Of a DNA stretch of 29,034 nt, positions 1 to 10,100 are shown piece after piece. Both the position numbers and the translations under genes were made by a program. The stretch is from the NCBI GenBank assembly GCA_051873775.1, contig JBJEFF010000154.1, positions 1-29,034 on the forward strand, in the 5' to 3' direction. The stretch comes from Allobaculum sp. (GTDB taxonomy: Bacteria > Bacillota_I > Bacilli_A > Erysipelotrichales > Erysipelotrichaceae). The notes below the pieces were generated by a model. That model saw nothing but the letters and a program-made list of their open reading frames with translations. It did not search any database and was not told the DNA's origin. The stretch's first letter is position 1. Each line of letters opens with the position of its first letter.

Positions 1-1
1 T

Positions 2-424
2 CATGCTTACTCATCCCCAAGCGAACGCGCCTGTGATACTCTCGAACTCGTCTGCGATCTACCTTATACCCGTTTAAAAGGATTAAAGGAATGGAACTTC
101 GGAATTCTCGATGGCGAGCCGGAATATCTCAATCCACCGATCGATCAGTATGATGAATTCTTCAGCTCTCATGGCGGTGAAAGTCGTGCCCAGCTAGTCG
201 ACCGGATGAATAGGACCCTGACTGAGATCATGGAAAAAGAAGATCATTTCAATGTCTTTGTCGCTTCCCATGGCGGTGCTATCCGCAACTTTGAAAGATA
301 CTGGACTCCGGATGATTCAAAGTTTATCAAAGGTCACTTAGGAAACTGTGCGGTTCTTGTATTTGATTATGATACTAACACGAAGACCTTTACGTTAGTG
401 GACATCGATAATCCGAATGCCTAA
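2..424 (+). CDS. Histidine phosphatase family protein (phosphoglycerate mutase-like); 5' end lies outside the window
   Basis: The frame is open from the window edge. The translation ...RAQLVDRMNRTLTEIM...VFVASHGGAIRNF... has the characteristic SHGG/HGG motifs of the histidine phosphatase (PGAM-like) superfamily. The stop is at 422-424. Confidence 0.65.
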   Translation, partial: HAYSSPSERACDTLELVCDLPYTRLKGLKEWNFGILDGEPEYLNPPIDQYDEFFSSHGGESRAQLVDRMNRTLTEIMEKEDHFNVFVASHGGAIRNFERYWTPDDSKFIKGHLGNCAVLVFDYDTNTKTFTLVDIDNPNA

Positions 425-443
425 ATACTCCTGATTCCCCTTG

Positions 444-477
444 GGACTGATTCGAAAACAATCAGTCCTTCTTTTCT
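444..477 (+). terminator. Rho-independent terminator after the phosphatase gene
   Basis: A 9-bp stem ggactgatt / aatcagtcc (444-452 / 460-468) with a 7-nt loop is followed by ttcttttct. Confidence 0.6.
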
Positions 478-492
478 AAAAGGAGCTCGAAT

Positions 493-1200
493 ATGGAATT
501 TGAAAACAAAATTGTGGTGATTACCGGTGCAGCGTCCGGGATCGGAAAGAACATGGCGGAAGCGTTTGAAAGAGAAGGTGCCCATGTCTATACGATCGAT
601 ATCAATCAGCCCTGTACGTTTCAGGGAAACCTTGCCAGCAAAAAGAAAATTAAGGAATTTGTGAACATGGTCATTGAAAAAGAAGGCAGAATCCATGTTC
701 TAATCAATAATGCCCTGCCAGTCTTTAAAGGAATTCATGAAGCAAGCTACGAAGACATGGTTTATGCATTATCCGTCGGTGCCATTGCACCGTTCTATCT
801 GGCCAAACTCTTTGATTCTTACTTTGACAAAGGCGCTTCCATCATTAATATCTCTTCTTCAAGAGACCGCATGTCGATGCCGGAATCGGAAACCTATGCC
901 GCCGCAAAAGGAGCAATCTCAGCTCTGACTCACGCAATGGCAATGTCTTTTGGCAGCCGTGTCCGGGTTAATTCGATTTCTCCCGGATGGATTGAAACAC
1001 GAAATTCCGAACATTCGGATGCGGATCGCAACCAGCATCCAGTCGGACGTGTCGGCGTCCCTGAAGACATCAGCAATGTCGCTCTATTTCTTGCCAGTGA
1101 TAAGGCAAGCTTCATTACTGCGGAAAACATTGTCGTAGACGGCGGGATGACTCATCTGATGATTTACCATGATGACTATGGCTGGAAGTTCAACGATTAA
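493..1200 (+). CDS. SDR-family short-chain dehydrogenase/reductase
   Basis: The N-terminal TGAASGIG Rossmann motif and the catalytic YAAAKGA (YxxxK) motif are present. The protein is 235 aa, the typical classical-SDR size. An RBS aaaaggag lies upstream. Confidence 0.85.
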   Translation: MEFENKIVVITGAASGIGKNMAEAFEREGAHVYTIDINQPCTFQGNLASKKKIKEFVNMVIEKEGRIHVLINNALPVFKGIHEASYEDMVYALSVGAIAPFYLAKLFDSYFDKGASIINISSSRDRMSMPESETYAAAKGAISALTHAMAMSFGSRVRVNSISPGWIETRNSEHSDADRNQHPVGRVGVPEDISNVALFLASDKASFITAENIVVDGGMTHLMIYHDDYGWKFND

Positions 1201-1215
1201 CTTCATTCAACGATT

Positions 1216-1268
1216 AATGCCCTGTAGAGATTACTTATTAAGATCTTTACAGGGCATTATTTTATTTT
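1216..1268 (+). terminator. Terminator hairpin between the convergent SDR and mcrC-like genes
   Basis: An 11-bp stem aatgccctgta / tacagggcatt (1216-1226 / 1248-1258) is followed by attttatttta. Confidence 0.6.
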
Positions 1269-1287
1269 ACTGCAAATAGATTTACGG

Positions 1288-3239
1288 TTACTCACCGCCT
1301 AATTCATAACTTTGCATCGGAGCTTTGACGACATGAATTCTCTGCTGCAGTTCACTTTGCAAAATCAGATCTTCATTGTCATCAAACAGGTGGAGGTCAA
1401 AGCCGGCAGCCCGGTTAACCTGAATCGTCAGCAGCTGACGCAATGCTTCAAACTGTTTGTACTGCATCGTTCCCATATATTCATGCATCGAAATAATCTC
1501 GACCTGTGGAAAATGCTGTTCCGGTTTTTCCAGATAGTCATAGATCGAAATGGATCTGGATTCTAACTGTTTTGCATTCGTCTCCTTACCCTGGAAAATA
1601 TACAGTCCGGTAATTTCATCTTCAGCCGCAATCGGCGAGATCGAAAACAGATAGCGATAGACAAGCGGAATTACTTTATAGTCTTTAACATTCTGATAAG
1701 ACGAATACTTGGCATCTCCGATGATGTAGCGGGCACCTTTCCAGTATCGGCTTTCCAGTTTAAGGATATAGTCCGGCGTGTAGTAGTGGCCTTTAGCAAT
1801 TTCACCCCAACCTCTAGGGAATGAGAGCGAAGTATTGCGGACCAGACCGGTTTTTACACACTCCGGATTCCCCGGTTCATAGATTACCGGTTCATAGTAA
1901 AGTGTAATTTTAACGTCTTTCTTTTCAAATTCGAAGTAGTTGTTCACTTCGGAATTCTGATAGAAATAAGCTTCGTTTTTGTCATATAGAACTTTATGAC
2001 TCGTGAGTAAGGTAAATCCGTTCTCTTTCATAAAATCCCCGAGTTTGGAAAGCACGTAGACTTCATACAGATTCGTGATCTGCAGAAATGCGGTCGCAAA
2101 ACGGATATCCCCTGCCGTGACATTCTTGAGCGCAAACCAGTTCTGAATTTCACTGAATACCTGACGGTACCCGCGGTTTCTCGCAAAGACAGGAGTCATT
2201 TTGGGTGGGGTGCTTAAATACTGCTCACGAGCCGGAATGATTTTTTCAAACATGCCGTGCAGACGATGGAATCCTACCTGAAGGTGTTGAATATCTTCTT
2301 TAAGATGGTTCAGGGTCAGAATTGTGGCCTTTGACATATAGACCGAGGAAGAGACATAACCTTTTTCCACTTCGAGTTTTTTGGGCAGCGTATCAATCAG
2401 CTGTTCAATTTCCACAGTCAGTCCAGCCAGTTCACGATTTATTGTGTTTAAAAACGAAAGAATAACCCGATTTTCATAGGTATCCGTACTGAGTGTTTTT
2501 GTCTGTATCATCCGTGTTGTAGGACTAAATGAATCACCGGCAACACGGGCGACACCCGGATTCGGCAAAGAAAGCGTATTAGGATGTCTTGTCATCTCCT
2601 TCATGCGACTATAGCTTACCATGGAACGGCTCGGAGATTTTTCTTCCTGAAATGCGCGGTTTGCCTGAATTTCACGCAGCGCAGATTCCATCAACACCGT
2701 GCAGCGTTTCAGCAGGCGGACCTTATCTTCAAGGGAATGCTGGGATTCAGCACACTGATCGTCGCACCGCATATAGTCGGCATTCGTTCCGTACAGCAGC
2801 AAGTCGCTATGCAATGCGGTGTATTTGCCGATCGCATTGGCATTGAAATTCTCCGGTCCGGGATGAACCATCACCTGGATATACGGGGTGACGAGACGAC
2901 AGTTTCCTTCTTTGCAGCGAAAGCTCAGCTCGATCTTTGCCAGCCCGAAGGAGTCGGCAAAGATACGGCTGTTGTTGTAAGGGTCGTAAAAGTAGATGCG
3001 GCCGGTATTGCCATGATAGGTGTTATTGACCGCATAGCCATTGACGAAAAATCAATGGAGCTGATATCGGACGTGATCGGAGACAGAAGCTGTCCGATAT
3101 AACTGCTGTTCGCAAAGATTTTCTGATCGGGAAGCTGAATCACTTTACTGATCGGCTGAACCTGTTTTGCGTCAAACAGGTCCAGTTCAATCAGATCCTG
3201 ATTCGCTTCGTCCATCAGACGAAGTCGGAATTCTCTCAT
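1288..3239 (-). pseudogene. McrC-like PD-(D/E)xK nuclease subunit (DUF2357/McrC family), interrupted by a +/-1 frameshift at an A5 run (3047-3051)
   Basis: The main ORF 1288-2874 (GTG start) carries a textbook C-terminal PD-(D/E)xK motif: YTPDYILKL...ARYIIGDAKY. Its frame stays open upstream to 3051 (…FFVNGYAVNNTYHGNTGRIYFYDPYNN…). A second ORF starts at an ATG that overlaps the stop of the upstream mcrB-like gene (ATGA at 3236-3239). It reads MREFRLRLMDEANQDLIELDLFDAKQ…SSIDF up to the same A5 run. Inserting one base in the run joins the two ORFs into one protein of about 650 aa. Confidence 0.65.
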
Positions 3240-5890
3240 TGTTCGAAATACTGGTAGTACTGCATGGATTCGTCTCCGTGTCTGAGTATGGCATCCAGTT
3301 TTGCCTTACTCATAGTTAGGTGATTCGTTTCCAGGCACTGTCCGATTCTGACTAAGACATTGCGGTAGCCGATCGAAGTGCCGTTAATCTGGGTCATCAT
3401 TCTCTGCAGAATCGCAAAGTCTAAGGCGATCAGTGCACTGTTGCGAAGAACATTTCCTTCTTCATCCGTTTCATCATCAAACCATCTAGCCGCATTGAGA
3501 ATATAGCGGCGAATGGCCTGATCGCTTCGGCGGGAGAGATACGTTCCAGCCTGAGCGAAGGCTTCACAAACGTTCTGATAAACAGATTCGAGATCGGAGG
3601 CAAGGTCAATATGAGTTGTATCGATATTGAACGCTCTGGCAAGCTGATCTTCGTTAAAGAGCTCGTCTGTTAAATGCAGCAGTTTTACCTTTTCATGCAG
3701 ATTTTCCTGATGCGGATGATCCGGCATGTTAATGACGAATGCACGGTCAAGCAGTCTTGCGGAAATTGGTTCGAACGACTGATCCGTCTGTATCGTAGCC
3801 GCAAAATGGAGCGCATCCGGAATCTGATAATTATAATTTTCACCGAGTTTGAGCGTACCGCGTATGAATCCGTGCGGCTTATCCCCTTCGTCGAGAACCA
3901 GTTCTGGTGTTTCCTGCATCGCCATAAAATCCGACCAGTAGTATTCCATATGAGAAAGGTTGGCATCATCGAGCATAATGAGTGCCGGAAGCATGCTTTC
4001 CTTCAGATTACGGCTTTGAATATTCAGAATGGAAAGCAGGTCAAATAATTGCGGATTCATTTTTTCAAAACTGTGCGTCAGTGAATTATAGAAGCCGATA
4101 AAGTCACGGGAATTCACCCAGCCCCGTTCCACCTGTACACGCACGAACCGGCTGCAGTTCATCATGCCCTCGTACTGGGATTCGACAGAGCGCGGTTTTT
4201 CAAGATTGAGAACTTCACGGACAATTTCCAGGGTACTCGATTTACCTGAACCAACCGGTCCCGTAAATAGTGTCATAAAGCTCTGATGCAGACAGATGAT
4301 GATATTCAGAATCTCATTGCGTGAGTAATCCGGACGGTATGCCGCAAAATTATGCACCAGCAGATTGACCATGCTTTCCGGATCAAGAACAGAAACGGGT
4401 AAGGCATTTATCAGACGGGCAGCCTGTACGCTGGACTGTTCAAGCAGCAAGCGTGCACGTTTTTCACTCTGTTCGCCGATGCGCTGGCTGATAATATGAT
4501 CGACACTCATCTCGAGTGCCTTATTAGCCGAACGTTCCAGAAGCTGATCCACCTGATTATCCAGATCGCGCAGCTGAGCTTTGAGCACATCACTTTCTTT
4601 CTGCATCCGTTCATTTTCCAGACGGAGCAGTGAGCTCTGCTTTTCAAGCTGTTCAACTTCACTCGCGAGATTGGCGGTTTTCAGTGTTTTCTTCAGCCGG
4701 TCTTCCGCCTGATTCTGCAGGCGCTGCAGTTCGGCGAGCGAGTTGCGGTAATTCTCAATTTTTCTGCTTGCTTCCAGTGTTGCAAGTTCACTGACCTGAG
4801 TTCTCAAATCCTGTTCAAGCTCTTTAAGATCGGCTACCTGTTCTTCCAGCTCCGTTTTCTGTTCATATAACGGCTTGAACGAATCAATCGAATGCAGGAA
4901 GTGATCGTCATGCGCAAGCGCATCGATCATCGTCGCATAGACCGGATCGTCCTTATACTGGACAAATAGCTCTCCGGCAAGTTTAGAAATCATGTCGAGT
5001 GTTTCGTCAAAATCAATTTTGGTTTTCAGCACAGTAAAGAGTTTGTTCTTACGTGCTTCTGCTGCTTCCTGAGAGAAATTATTCGGGGACAGCAGCCAGT
5101 TCTGATACACCTCCACCATATGGCGAGCACTATCTTCATTAAAGCGGTAATTTTTCGACATGCGCTTCTGGGTCAGTGTGCGCAGATCTTCAACTAATTC
5201 AGAGATAGTAATTTCATCGTAAATATAAGGTTCAACATTTTCACCGCCGACCTGCAGATAGGTTCGGGTTACATCTTCCTGTTCAAGCAGAACGGAATGA
5301 CGGAGAAGTCCGTCGGTAAACTGATAGCCGCGGATCACTTTATTCTGCGCATCCGCATTGCACCGTACAAAAATTACATTGTTAATTTCGTCGTAATGAA
5401 CTTTAAACGGTCCGATTACCACGTTTGGAATGTCACAGGCGAGCAATACCTCCATATTTTCATTAATGTTATTGCTGTCGATCTCAATACGGTTATCCGT
5501 GCGCCAGTCGCCGATCTGATACTTGCGATCCACCAGGCAGTAGCAGCCCAGTTCTTCCATGCGTCTTATTTTTCTGCCGTAAAGCTCGGCAATATCCAGT
5601 TTCCATGCACTCGGATATCTCGTACCGTCTATTTTGCAGTTAGGGAGTAAATCTTCCGTATCAAAATCAAGAATAAAATCGTCACCGTCCTGAAATATGT
5701 CCTCTAAAGAAATCAGACTGGAACTCGAAACTAAATTAATGTTCTGGTAAACCGAATTCGGTAAAAGCACTTCTAAATCCTGTCTGGTTAAATAATCAAA
5801 TTCCTGGTCATGATATAAATAGCCGGGATAAAAATTGACATAAAAACCGTTTCGCGTATTGATTTTAATTTCGCCAACATACGCTGCCAT
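3236..5890 (-). CDS. McrB-like AAA+ GTPase (AAA_5) with an N-terminal domain of about 330 aa (unknown function) and a central coiled coil; CoCoNuT/McrBC-like defence component
   Basis: Walker A LFTGPVGSGKSSTLEI. A Walker B block LIMLDDANLSHMEYYW…MQE and a downstream HFAATIQTDQSF…RLLDRAFVINMPD block align with McrB IIDEINRANLSKVFGE… and IIGLMNTADRS…RRRFSFIDI. An E/Q/L-rich heptad-like stretch of about 130 aa (ELEEQVADLKELEQDLRTQVSELATLEASRK…) lies N-terminal to the ATPase. RBS aaggtg. Confidence 0.75.
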   Translation of the reverse strand: MAAYVGEIKINTRNGFYVNFYPGYLYHDQEFDYLTRQDLEVLLPNSVYQNINLVSSSSLISLEDIFQDGDDFILDFDTEDLLPNCKIDGTRYPSAWKLDIAELYGRKIRRMEELGCYCLVDRKYQIGDWRTDNRIEIDSNNINENMEVLLACDIPNVVIGPFKVHYDEINNVIFVRCNADAQNKVIRGYQFTDGLLRHSVLLEQEDVTRTYLQVGGENVEPYIYDEITISELVEDLRTLTQKRMSKNYRFNEDSARHMVEVYQNWLLSPNNFSQEAAEARKNKLFTVLKTKIDFDETLDMISKLAGELFVQYKDDPVYATMIDALAHDDHFLHSIDSFKPLYEQKTELEEQVADLKELEQDLRTQVSELATLEASRKIENYRNSLAELQRLQNQAEDRLKKTLKTANLASEVEQLEKQSSLLRLENERMQKESDVLKAQLRDLDNQVDQLLERSANKALEMSVDHIISQRIGEQSEKRARLLLEQSSVQAARLINALPVSVLDPESMVNLLVHNFAAYRPDYSRNEILNIIICLHQSFMTLFTGPVGSGKSSTLEIVREVLNLEKPRSVESQYEGMMNCSRFVRVQVERGWVNSRDFIGFYNSLTHSFEKMNPQLFDLLSILNIQSRNLKESMLPALIMLDDANLSHMEYYWSDFMAMQETPELVLDEGDKPHGFIRGTLKLGENYNYQIPDALHFAATIQTDQSFEPISARLLDRAFVINMPDHPHQENLHEKVKLLHLTDELFNEDQLARAFNIDTTHIDLASDLESVYQNVCEAFAQAGTYLSRRSDQAIRRYILNAARWFDDETDEEGNVLRNSALIALDFAILQRMMTQINGTSIGYRNVLVRIGQCLETNHLTMSKAKLDAILRHGDESMQYYQYFEQ

Positions 5891-6044
5891 GCGGACACCT
5901 TCTTTCTTCTCAGTAAATATGATATTTATTTCATTATATCCTTATCTCAACATTATAGTTTTTTATTTTGAAGACAAATATTTCGCTCACTATTTGTGAT
6001 ACTCTTTTCGCCCGCAATCGTGGCAGATTTTTTATTTTATCCTC

Positions 6045-6087
6045 TTTGCGAAAACCAAAAAGAAAACCCACTCGCACTGGAGTGGGC
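6045..6087 (-). terminator. Rho-independent terminator downstream of guaB
   Basis: On the - strand, a 7-bp stem cccactc / gagtggg is followed by gttttctttttggtttt. Confidence 0.6.
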
Positions 6088-6128
6088 ATTCAGTTCATGA
6101 AAAATACACAGAATCAGTTCTAATAGGC

Positions 6129-7643
6129 TTAGTGGTTGGAAGAATCGATTTTATCGTCGCGGACTAATACGTCATGAGCGCCGCCTTCGGAAATGGAGAC
6201 AGCGGATACCAGAGTGACTTTGGCGTCTTTCTGGAAATCAGGGATATTGAGGAATCCGCAGTTGCACATTGTATGTTTGATTTTGGAAATTGTGAGGTTA
6301 ACGTTGTCAGCTAAAGCGCCTGCATATGGAACGTAAGAGTCAACACCTTCCACGAAGGACATTTTCTTGTCACCGCCGACATCATAACGCTGCCAGTTGC
6401 GGGCACGGGCAGAACCTTCGCCCCAGTACTCTTTCATATAGGAACCATTGATAGTGACGATTTTGCTTGGAGATTCTTTGAAGCGGGCAAAGTAACGGCC
6501 TAACATCACGAAGTCTGCACCGAAGGCAAGAGCTAAAGTCATGTGATAGTCCTGAACGATACCACCGTCGGAGCATAATGGTACATATACGCCGGTTTCT
6601 TCATAGTAAGCATCACGGGCTTTTGCGACTTCGATCGTTGCAGTAGCCTGACCGCGTCCGATACCTTTCTGTTCACGGGTAATACAGATGGAACCGCCGC
6701 CGATACCGATTTTAACGAAGTCAGCACCTGCATCCGCAAGGAAACGGAAGCCGTCTGCATCAACAACATTACCTGCACCGACTTTTACTGTGTCACCGTA
6801 TTTTTCACGGATCCATGCGATGGTGTCAGCCTGCCAGCAGGAGTAACCTTCGGAAGAGTCAATAACAAGAATATCGGCGCCTGCTTCTACAAGAGCCGGT
6901 ACACGGTCTTTATAGTCACGGGAGTTGATTCCCGCACCAACTAAATAGCGTTTGTGGGAGTCGAGGACTTCATTCGGGTTTTCTTTATGTTGTTCGTAGT
7001 CTTTACGGAAGACGAATGCTTTTAAGTGACGTTCCTCATCAACGATTGGCAGCTGGTTCAGTTTGTTGTCCCAGATGATATCGTTGGCTTCGCTTAAAGA
7101 GATTCCTTCTTTGCCGACAATCAGCTTGTCATATGGAGTCATGACATCCTTGACATAAGTGTTGTCGAGATCCACGCGGGATTCACGGAAATCCCGGGAT
7201 GTGATCAGTCCGACCAGGACACCATCCTGTTGTCCGTTGTCAGTAACAGCCATTGTGGAATGACCAGTTTCCTGACGCAGTTTAATGACTTCGCGTAAAC
7301 TTGCTTCCGGGGAAACGTTGGAGTCGCTTCCGGTAAAACCAGCTTTCGTTGCTTTAACCTGACGGATCATTGCAGCTTCGCTTTCAATGGACTGGCTGCC
7401 GTAGATGAAGGAGATACCGCCTTCGCGTGCAAGTGCTACCGCAAGATCCGGTCCGGATACGGCCTGCATAACCGCAGAAGTGAGTGGGATATTTAGTTCA
7501 AGTGCCGGCTTTTCGCCTTTTTTGAATTTAACCAGTGGTGTCTTCAGACTTACTTTATCTGGAGTATCTTCCGGTCCGGTGTAGCCCGGAACTAACAGAT
7601 ATTCCGCGAACGTTCTAGATGGTTCCTGAAAAAATTTAGCCAT
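6129..7643 (-). CDS. guaB: IMP dehydrogenase (IMPDH/GuaB family, with an inserted CBS pair)
   Basis: N-terminal EYLLVPGY…[12 protein letters not shown]…AREGGISFI block. CBS-pair region (AVTDNG…LITSRDF…). Catalytic-loop [12 protein letters not shown], equivalent to the IMPDH GIGPGSICTTR. Protein is 504 aa. Strong RBS aggagg. Confidence 0.8.
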   Translation of the reverse strand: MAKFFQEPSRTFAEYLLVPGYTGPEDTPDKVSLKTPLVKFKKGEKPALELNIPLTSAVMQAVSGPDLAVALAREGGISFIYGSQSIESEAAMIRQVKATKAGFTGSDSNVSPEASLREVIKLRQETGHSTMAVTDNGQQDGVLVGLITSRDFRESRVDLDNTYVKDVMTPYDKLIVGKEGISLSEANDIIWDNKLNQLPIVDEERHLKAFVFRKDYEQHKENPNEVLDSHKRYLVGAGINSRDYKDRVPALVEAGADILVIDSSEGYSCWQADTIAWIREKYGDTVKVGAGNVVDADGFRFLADAGADFVKIGIGGGSICITREQKGIGRGQATATIEVAKARDAYYEETGVYVPLCSDGGIVQDYHMTLALAFGADFVMLGRYFARFKESPSKIVTINGSYMKEYWGEGSARARNWQRYDVGGDKKMSFVEGVDSYVPYAGALADNVNLTISKIKHTMCNCGFLNIPDFQKDAKVTLVSAVSISEGGAHDVLVRDDKIDSSNH

Positions 7644-8000
7644 TTCATTCCTCCATAAATTTGTACGTATTTTTTTCGATTTTTACTTATTTTAACCACG
7701 ACAAATGAAGTGTCAAATAGGAAAATCGCACCTTGAAAAAGAAACAGTTTTCAACACTCGAAGTATCGAAAAATCCATGCCGAAACGGGAATAAAGTATC
7801 GCAAATACACAAAATGATCGAACTTGAAAAAGCTCGATCATTTCAGGTTGTTTGTTTCATTTTTTTACATTTTTAAATGACAGTTCGTCATTTCCGCTTC
7901 GAATATAGTTAACTCTAATTCAGAAAATCCATATTCTTTACTGAATTTCCTCTTTTAGAGCAGATTCGAAAGAAAGAGTCAATCCGTATCGATCCCCCGT

Positions 8001-10100
8001 CTATGCAAGCTGAACAACAATTACGCTAAGCGGCGGAATCGTGATGGAGTTTGTGATCGGCAGGTTGATCAGTTCGGAATCAAACAGAATCGTTCCGTCC
8101 TGATGCAGATTGTAGTGGAAACTGGAATCGGTCGGATTGAAGAAGGAAATGAGTTCTTCGTTTTCATCCTTGGTCCGGTAGACGAGTACCCGGTCGTCAA
8201 TCGTTTCAGTATGAACGTGTTCGATAATTTTCTCTTTTGTGTTCAGACGGAATGATGAATGTTCACGGCGCAGTCTGGCGAGTGCCTTGAACTGTTCAAC
8301 TACCAGTTCAAAATCGTTACGGCGGTGGTAGTCGATCATGTTGTAATTGTCCGAACGGTTATAGGTATTCCCTAGATTCTGTTTGGTGCGTCCGAATTCC
8401 TGACCGCAGTGAATAAACGGAGTTCCCTGAGCGAGGAGAACCATCGCCAGCGAAAGAACCTGTTTTTTCATACGTACAGAGCGTGGTTCATGGAAACATA
8501 CGGCACGGTTTTTATCCCACATCGTATGGTTGTCATGACATTCAACATAGTTAACCGCTTTAAACGGCTGATCATAGCGGTTTTCCGGAATCGATGCCTG
8601 CATGACAATTGCGGCATCATGAATACGGCCGACATTGCCGTTAGAGTAACCCGCCTGTTCAAGCTGGTCATTGCTGCCGCGGATCACTTCGCGGAAACGG
8701 TCGGAGAACTGGCCTACTAAAGGCATTTTGGCCTGATTGTTTTGGGAAGCACGCAGGTCGGATGGCACAAAGCTTGGCATATCCCATCCTTCCCCGTAGA
8801 TCATGAAATCCGGTTTGACAGATTTGGCATATTCGGCAATCGCATTGAGCAAAGTGTAATCGAGAACCCCCATCAGGTCAAAGCGGAAGCCGTCGACATC
8901 AAAGACGTTGATATACATCTTGATGCAGTCAAGCAGATAGCGACGGCACATTTCCGGACGGGTATCAATATCGTTTCCGCAGAAAGAGCCGTTGGAATAG
9001 TGACCCTGGGAATCCATCAGGAAGAAATAGTCCGGAACAAGCTGATCAAGGGCATAGTCTTCCCTTTTCCAGACGTGGTTGAAGACTAAATCAAGATTCA
9101 CTTTCATCCCTGCGGCATGGAGATCCTGAATCATTTTCGCAAATTCGACAATCCGTTTTTCCGGTTCATAAGGATCAGTGGAATAGGATCCTTCCAGAGA
9201 GCGGTAATGCATCGGATCGTAGCCCCAGTTATAGTAGAAATCCGGATAATCTTCATCGATGGACCCGAAGTCAAAAACCGGCATCAGCTGCACATGGGTA
9301 ATTCCGAGTGTCTTGATATACGTCAGCCCGGTGTTGAGAATCCGAGTGGTTTCATTTTCTTCGGTAAACGCTTCGAAAGTACGCGGATGGGTAAATCCGT
9401 TATTTTTCTGGGAAGTCATATCGCGGATTGAGCATTCATAGATGATTGCATCCGTATCCTGTTTCATTGGTTCGGTCGGCACTTTCTGGGCCAGTTTGAG
9501 CAGGTCGAATGAGTTGACCTGAGAGAAACGGGTATTGATACCGGTAAACGGATTGTACGGATCGATGCATTCCTGCACTTTGCCATTCACTTTTAAACGG
9601 TAGGTATAGAGGGTACGAAGAAGATCTTCATTCAGACTTGCCGTCCAGACACCTTTTTCACCGCGTTCCATCGGAACAACACGGTCGCCCTCTTCTTCAT
9701 GAAGAATGACTTCCATCCATACAGCAACCGGAGACCAGATCGTCCAGGTGGTCTTTTCCGGGGTGTACGTGCAGCCGAGTTCAATATCTTCATCGGGGAT
9801 GAAGCTGTCCGCAAATTCCTTCGTTTTAACGATATGCGAATACTGAGCCGGACAGAACTGAGCATGTTCTTCATACATTAAATAATCATGGCCAATTTCG
9901 ATTTCGCCGTCCACCATGCAGGTGTACTGGATGTAATCGCCATAATCATCTTTTGATTGTATCGATAAAGGGACAATCTCCCCGTTTTCATCTTTTAGAT
10001 GGAAACTCTGGGACTGGCCCTGGTAAAAATCCTTGATCATGTAAATGTTCACGATGGAATAGCCATCGATGTAACATTCGAGACGTTCTTTCATGCGCAT
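8001..10100 (-). CDS. pulA: Type I pullulanase (GH13 family)
   Basis: Pullulanase signature YNWGYDP. GH13 catalytic regions (GFRFDLMG, EGWD) are present. Protein is 699 aa. Confidence 0.85.
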   Translation of the reverse strand: MRMKERLECYIDGYSIVNIYMIKDFYQGQSQSFHLKDENGEIVPLSIQSKDDYGDYIQYTCMVDGEIEIGHDYLMYEEHAQFCPAQYSHIVKTKEFADSFIPDEDIELGCTYTPEKTTWTIWSPVAVWMEVILHEEEGDRVVPMERGEKGVWTASLNEDLLRTLYTYRLKVNGKVQECIDPYNPFTGINTRFSQVNSFDLLKLAQKVPTEPMKQDTDAIIYECSIRDMTSQKNNGFTHPRTFEAFTEENETTRILNTGLTYIKTLGITHVQLMPVFDFGSIDEDYPDFYYNWGYDPMHYRSLEGSYSTDPYEPEKRIVEFAKMIQDLHAAGMKVNLDLVFNHVWKREDYALDQLVPDYFFLMDSQGHYSNGSFCGNDIDTRPEMCRRYLLDCIKMYINVFDVDGFRFDLMGVLDYTLLNAIAEYAKSVKPDFMIYGEGWDMPSFVPSDLRASQNNQAKMPLVGQFSDRFREVIRGSNDQLEQAGYSNGNVGRIHDAAIVMQASIPENRYDQPFKAVNYVECHDNHTMWDKNRAVCFHEPRSVRMKKQVLSLAMVLLAQGTPFIHCGQEFGRTKQNLGNTYNRSDNYNMIDYHRRNDFELVVEQFKALARLRREHSSFRLNTKEKIIEHVHTETIDDRVLVYRTKDENEELISFFNPTDSSFHYNLHQDGTILFDSELINLPITNSITIPPLSVIVVQLA

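Noticed and set aside
2925-3239. 104-aa ORF as an independent small gene
   Set aside because: Its first ~64 codons are the true N-terminus of the frameshifted mcrC-like gene. The remaining ~40 codons are out-of-frame read-through with a non-protein-like composition.
3674-5650. + strand ORFs inside the mcrB-like gene (3674-4048, 5297-5650) and - strand 3685-3969
   Set aside because: Antisense or alternative-frame noise within a long, well-supported CDS.
7644-8000. Possible purine riboswitch or T-box leader upstream of guaB
   Set aside because: I could not recognise the conserved purine-riboswitch junction or T-box motifs by eye. Only an ordinary RBS is evident.
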